64,000 bases of DNA, taken from the NCBI GenBank assembly GCA_000708835.1, contig DF237240.1:2928-66927 (forward strand), written 5' to 3'. Position numbers and translations under genes: made by a program. Positions 59,701 through 64,000 of the stretch are shown here, one piece after another. Each line of letters starts with the position of its first letter. Within the stretch, counting starts at the first letter, position 1. The DNA comes from Klebsormidium nitens (lineage: Eukaryota; Plantae; Klebsormidiophyceae). The notes below the pieces were generated by a model. That model was not told the DNA's origin. It searched no databases and was given only the letters and a program-made list of their open reading frames with translations.

Positions 59701-61616
59701 ATGGCCATGGCGTCCTGCAAAGCCTTCAGCACTTTGGGGTCATCGCTCGCTCTAGGGCCCCTCAGATCCCAGTCCGCTGGTTTTGCTGCCCCGTCGAAGC
59801 CGGTAGCGCTGCCAGGTTTTCGAAATAGTGTCGGCGGTGATCTCCAGGTCGAGCTGCGGAAACGGTTGGAGTGCTCTTGCCCCGCCGTCCGGCCGTGTGC
59901 GCACCAGGGCGCCAGCCCGACCTCCTCTGTTGTGCACGACGTCCGAGATGCAGACAGCGAGAGCGCACAACTAGAGCGGGTGCAGAACTTCAAGGAGTTG
60001 TTTGACCGGAGCCTGGCGTTGAGGCCGAGGGAGCGAGTGGAGCGAGTGGTGCCCGTGCCTGACTACGACTCGGATGGCACGGGCGAGCAACGGTGGCCGG
60101 AAAAGGAAGAGGGGGTAGCTGAGGGGCCTGCCTGCGGACGCCCTGAAGTGGACCTTGGACAGCCGTCCGACTGGCTCTGGCAAGAGATCCGTGCCGAGGC
60201 GCGCAGGGACTCCGACGCTGAACCTGCACTCGCTAGTTTCCTGTACTCCACGATCCTTGCGCATGGATCTCTTGAGCGGGCGCTAGCTTTCCATCTAGCT
60301 AATAAGCTGTCCTCCAGCACTCTTCTAGGCACGCAGCTCTTCACCATCATCGCAGATAGCTTCTCAGCAGATCCGGACTTGTGGGATGCGGTCAAAGCTG
60401 ACATCTGCGCTGTCAAAGACCGGGATGCAGCATGCACAAGCTACTCCCATTGCCTCCTCTACTTCAAGGGCTTCCTAGCATGCCAGGCGTACAGAGTGTC
60501 CCATAGGCTATGGAACCAGGGCCGCATTTACATGGCGCTCACGATCCAGAGCAGAGTTTCAGAAACCTTTCACGTAGATTTTCACCCGGCCGCCAGGATA
60601 GGAAAAGGAGTGCTTTTTGACCATGCCACGGGGGTGGTTGTCGGGGAGACGGCACAGATTGGAAACAATGTGTCAATTCTGCACCATGTGACGTTGGGAG
60701 GGTCAGGCACGCTGGCAAAAGTGCGGCATCCGATCGTGCATGATGGGGTCCTGATTGGGGCAGGTGCAACTCTACTCGGGCCGATCGTTATAGGAGAAGG
60801 TGAGCAGTTTGCTGCTGATCATGTTTTTCCCTTGGTTCAGTAAGTGTGGAAGTCTTTTTGGCTTGTATCTTTCATTTACCCTGCTAAAAGGTTGTTATGC
60901 AGAGACCATCAGCGAGCAAAGACAGCAGCCAGAGTTGTGAAAGTTGCCCGCTTGGTCGGCTCGACTCGCAAGGATTCTGGTCGTTCTTTTGAGGGAACAA
61001 TGTGCAAGTTTTGTCTCCTTGGTGCATTGTCAGCACGTCATACTGCATTAGATGTAGACGCACATCTCGCACAGAGATCTAAACGCTCTTACTTCGTCTG
61101 CTTGAGAATGAATCTGGGGTATCAGCATTCTGGTGGTAGATTGAGACAGGATAGGACTTTAGACTGGATCGCTTTTCTAGGTCAAATGCAGGTATCACTA
61201 GTGTCAAAACAATGAGTGGCAGAAAACGTCTGGTTTTTCTGCTGCATCTATGCACAGCATGCCTACAGTGATAGTTTCTTGCGCTCACCCTCCCTTTTCC
61301 GAGTTTACCCCTGAATCAAGCATTTGGAATCTCGACAAGAGGAGCTGCAATAAAATGGTTGTTTCCATGGCAGAAAGTTCGAAGTGCATAGGCAGCATCT
61401 GAATTATGCTGACTGTCGTTCCCTCTTCTATCTTCAGGAGCCAAAATTGGAGCGTGCTCAGTAGTCCTGACTGACGTGCCTCCACACACCACTGCTGTTG
61501 GGAATCCGGCGCGGCTCATGGGCGGCAAGACGAACCCAACTCAGCTGAAGGAGGTTCCGAGCGAGAGTATGGATCATACGTCTTTCATTGAGAATTGGTC
61601 GGACTATATTATATGA
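59701..61616 (+). CDS. SAT: Serine O-acetyltransferase (SERAT2/SAT1-3-like, probable organellar transit peptide), 2 exons, 425 aa
   Basis: Exons 59701-60799 and 61438-61616. Motifs LWQEIRAEARRD..EPALASFLYSTIL, FKGFLACQAYRVSH, VDFHPAARIGKGVLFDHATGVVVGETA, RHP, GAKIGACSVVL..VP..TAVGNPARL, and the C-terminal WSDYII cysteine-synthase-binding tail. The start at 59701 is inferred. Confidence 0.95.
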
Positions 61617-62992
61617 GGTTGCTAAGGCAGTATAAGTAGGCGAGATGTTATCTAGGTTGGCAGGGTAATGGCGAAGAATAGTGGCAAGCTCTCTAGTTTT
61701 AGAGGTAGAGATGGTGAGATCTACAGACATTGAGGAGACAGCGCGATATACAGAGATTGGGGTGTAGCCAGTCAAGTCCCCGGTGTAGAGGCAAAGCAGA
61801 TGCACCGGAACACAGAGTTTTTGAATGTCACGGGCAAAGAATTGTTGAAATGGAAGAGCCTTTTGTGCAAGTAAGGCTTTTGATGATGACTTTCCGATCA
61901 GTTTATTGTTTCATAAAATCGGATGCCGCTTTAAGGTAGCATGTCAGCGTCCATTTCTGCTTCTTGGCATGTGGATTATTTATAATTCTTATGGTATACT
62001 GTAATCACCATGCCCTTTATCTGAGAGCTATTTCGTATTGAAGCATGAAAGACGGAACAAGTGTCTGACTTAAATCCTCCAGATAGAATCATTCTTGCTA
62101 TCTTGACCGGACCGCAAGTGGTGAGAATGCTTCCGGCTCTGCCATTCGTATTGCCTAGGCCAGGCTTACGCCCCTATGCATAGATTCATGCTGAAGCTGA
62201 CATGCTCAGAATCCTCATATGATGTACTTAGTGACTGTGACAACCATACATCTCATGTAGATGTCTTCTTTCATTGAAAGACATGTACCTGCAATTGCAT
62301 GCCATATATATATATCCACATGCATGTACATGCTGATATGCATGGCACGCAATTAGTTGTCAAGCTAATCTGCATGGTACGTATAGAATGTGCTGCCGCA
62401 ATTTGATAAGATACGTGCCAGATATACATATTGCCGTCAAGCTGCAATACAGTTTTAGCACCTGCGCTCGGAGACATGGTTTGATCGAATTAATTAGTTA
62501 GTAGGACATTATGCCGTCGGCCGTCAGAGCCGGCCATGCATTATAATGGTACGTAGTCATGTTCATGTGCATGCTGTCGGAAGCATGCCATGGCAGCTCG
62601 GCAATACTAATTCAAGTTCTCAAATTTGGCCAGCACGCACCTTAAAATTTATTGGCCCATGGAATTGCGCGGCCCAAACAATGTGGAAATTGCCTGCTAC
62701 CTACGATAACGACAGGTCACTCCATGCAATACTTAAAGTCAACACATGTGGAATCAGTGTGATATTGCATAGGAAGTTTGGTATGACAGCCGTAATTCTA
62801 CTGTTTATATCTTGTGATCCTCGGGACTCGCAATGTGCGTACCAGCGTACCAGCGCGTACCTCTGCTAAACTCTGACGGGTATTTGAACCATTTGAAGCC
62901 TATCTGAGCACTAGCGCCGAACTCAAAACGGGTCAAAATTGACTGCGTGCCTAAGAATAGTTTGCGTGCATTTATAAATATGATTTCACCAG

Positions 62993-64000
62993 TCAGGTCA
63001 AATAGATATGTTTCAGATCAGAGAGTCTGCAAGTATGCAACTCGCAATTTTCGAACTCCTTACCTGTTAAGGAAAACAAAACTCCCCAATGGCTGACAAC
63101 CTGCAGGACAACACACAAGATGTTTTGCCAGGATCGTTATCAAACCGCATGTTTGCGTTGCGAGGTTGAACTTGACGGACTGGTAGCTCACTTCAGACAA
63201 CGAGATTAAACGTACATTGCAGGGGTCTTCTGGGTAACAAAGTTGAAGCAAGACGTCAGCTGATTCGCCGTTCTTTCCACGAAAACGTTAGCCTATACTT
63301 GGCCTTCAAAAGACTAGAATTGACCTTCAATCAACCTAGTGAGGCCATGACAAAGTTCAAGTCTCAAGGGCGTGACAGGACAGAATCGACAACCTCAGCC
63401 AATAGCTTTTCAAAAAACTGGAAACGCAGTTGTCTCGCCTTTGACCGCAGATCTTCCTCACTTCTTTCAAGTGACTTCGTCAAGCAATCACCTGCCGTTT
63501 CAGATCATTCCTGGACTTCTCTTGATCCTAAGCTGCTCAGAGAAGCCCTTCCCGATGAATAAAACGCAGTCACGCGCCGGCTGGACGACCAAATAGCTCA
63601 CCGCAATCGTCCGCTCCGGCCGTGCCGCCAGCCATTCCTTGAAAGCTGCAACGCGCGCCCGGAAGATCTCAGGCGACTCGGGAAAGATGGCCAGCGGGTC
63701 GCCTTTCCCGTCAGTGTGCCACCAGATATCTGCACGTAAAGGCAGGTTCCACTGTCTGGGGTCGCCCTTCGACGCACGGGCTTTGCTTTCCAGCGTGCTT
63801 CAGGGTTCCAGAGAAAGGATCATGCCGGCAGATGTACACCGAAAGGACGACTGTCCGCAGGAGAAATCTTTCGGAGAGATGCACGCGTCCGCTGCTAGAA
63901 TGGGAACGTGCAAACGCGAGGAGCGACGAACGTCAGATGCAGGAACACAGCACTCCCAAGGCAACCCGGTGGGGGTTCAATATTCTCGAACTTGTCAAAA
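62993..64000 (-). CDS. 3' part of a histidine-phosphatase / phosphoglycerate-mutase-like protein (5' end outside the window)
   Basis: Exons >64000-63966, 63729-63602 and 63100-62993 join to FDKFENIEPPP-DIWW...PESPEIFRARVAAFKEWLAARPERTIA-VVSHWGVLFSLTGKEFENCELH...*, the typical E...F..R / IAVVSH / F.NCE pattern. Confidence 0.8.

Noticed and set aside
13973-61616. Horizontal transfer of MutY or SAT, or an operon-like functional cluster
   Set aside because: Both genes have spliceosomal introns and plant-type features, and the neighbouring genes share no pathway.
9660-62005. TGTAA as a chlorophyte-type polyadenylation signal after several stop codons
   Set aside because: A 5-mer is expected about once per kb, positions are inconsistent, and no cleavage-site data are available.
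3303-63729. U12-type or GC-AG introns
   Set aside because: Every intron in the frame-consistent models is GT-AG and lacks the GTATCCTT/ATATCCTT signature.

Overview
Eukaryotic nuclear DNA: gene-dense, GC slightly above 50% by eye, with GT-AG introns of roughly 200-1300 nt. The proteins are plant-type, so the source is most likely a streptophyte (charophyte) alga of the Klebsormidium kind; this is inferred from gene content and structure, not proven. I built frame-consistent spliced models by hand for golgin-84/GC2, TSSC4, MUTYH, an ARM-like MYND-finger protein, NOP58, CENP-C, a clade-E-like PP2C, a PPR protein with a possible SMR-like tail, APC4 (14 exons) and serine acetyltransferase. There is also a single-exon Gly-rich plant-type protein and the 3' part of a histidine-phosphatase/PGM-like gene. 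Two small gene fragments remain unresolved. Non-coding structure includes two MITE-like elements, both in divergent intergenic gaps, whose TIRs share a motif, and two weak intronic C/D-snoRNA candidates in NOP58. The most unusual pattern recurs four times in three unrelated genes (PP2C, APC4 twice, NOP58): the intron carries degenerate copies of the neighbouring exon end, in PP2C and APC4 as tandem arrays that include the splice site ('splice-junction echoes'). No rRNA, tRNA, CRISPR or prokaryotic features were found. Family assignments rest on motifs I recall, not on database searches.
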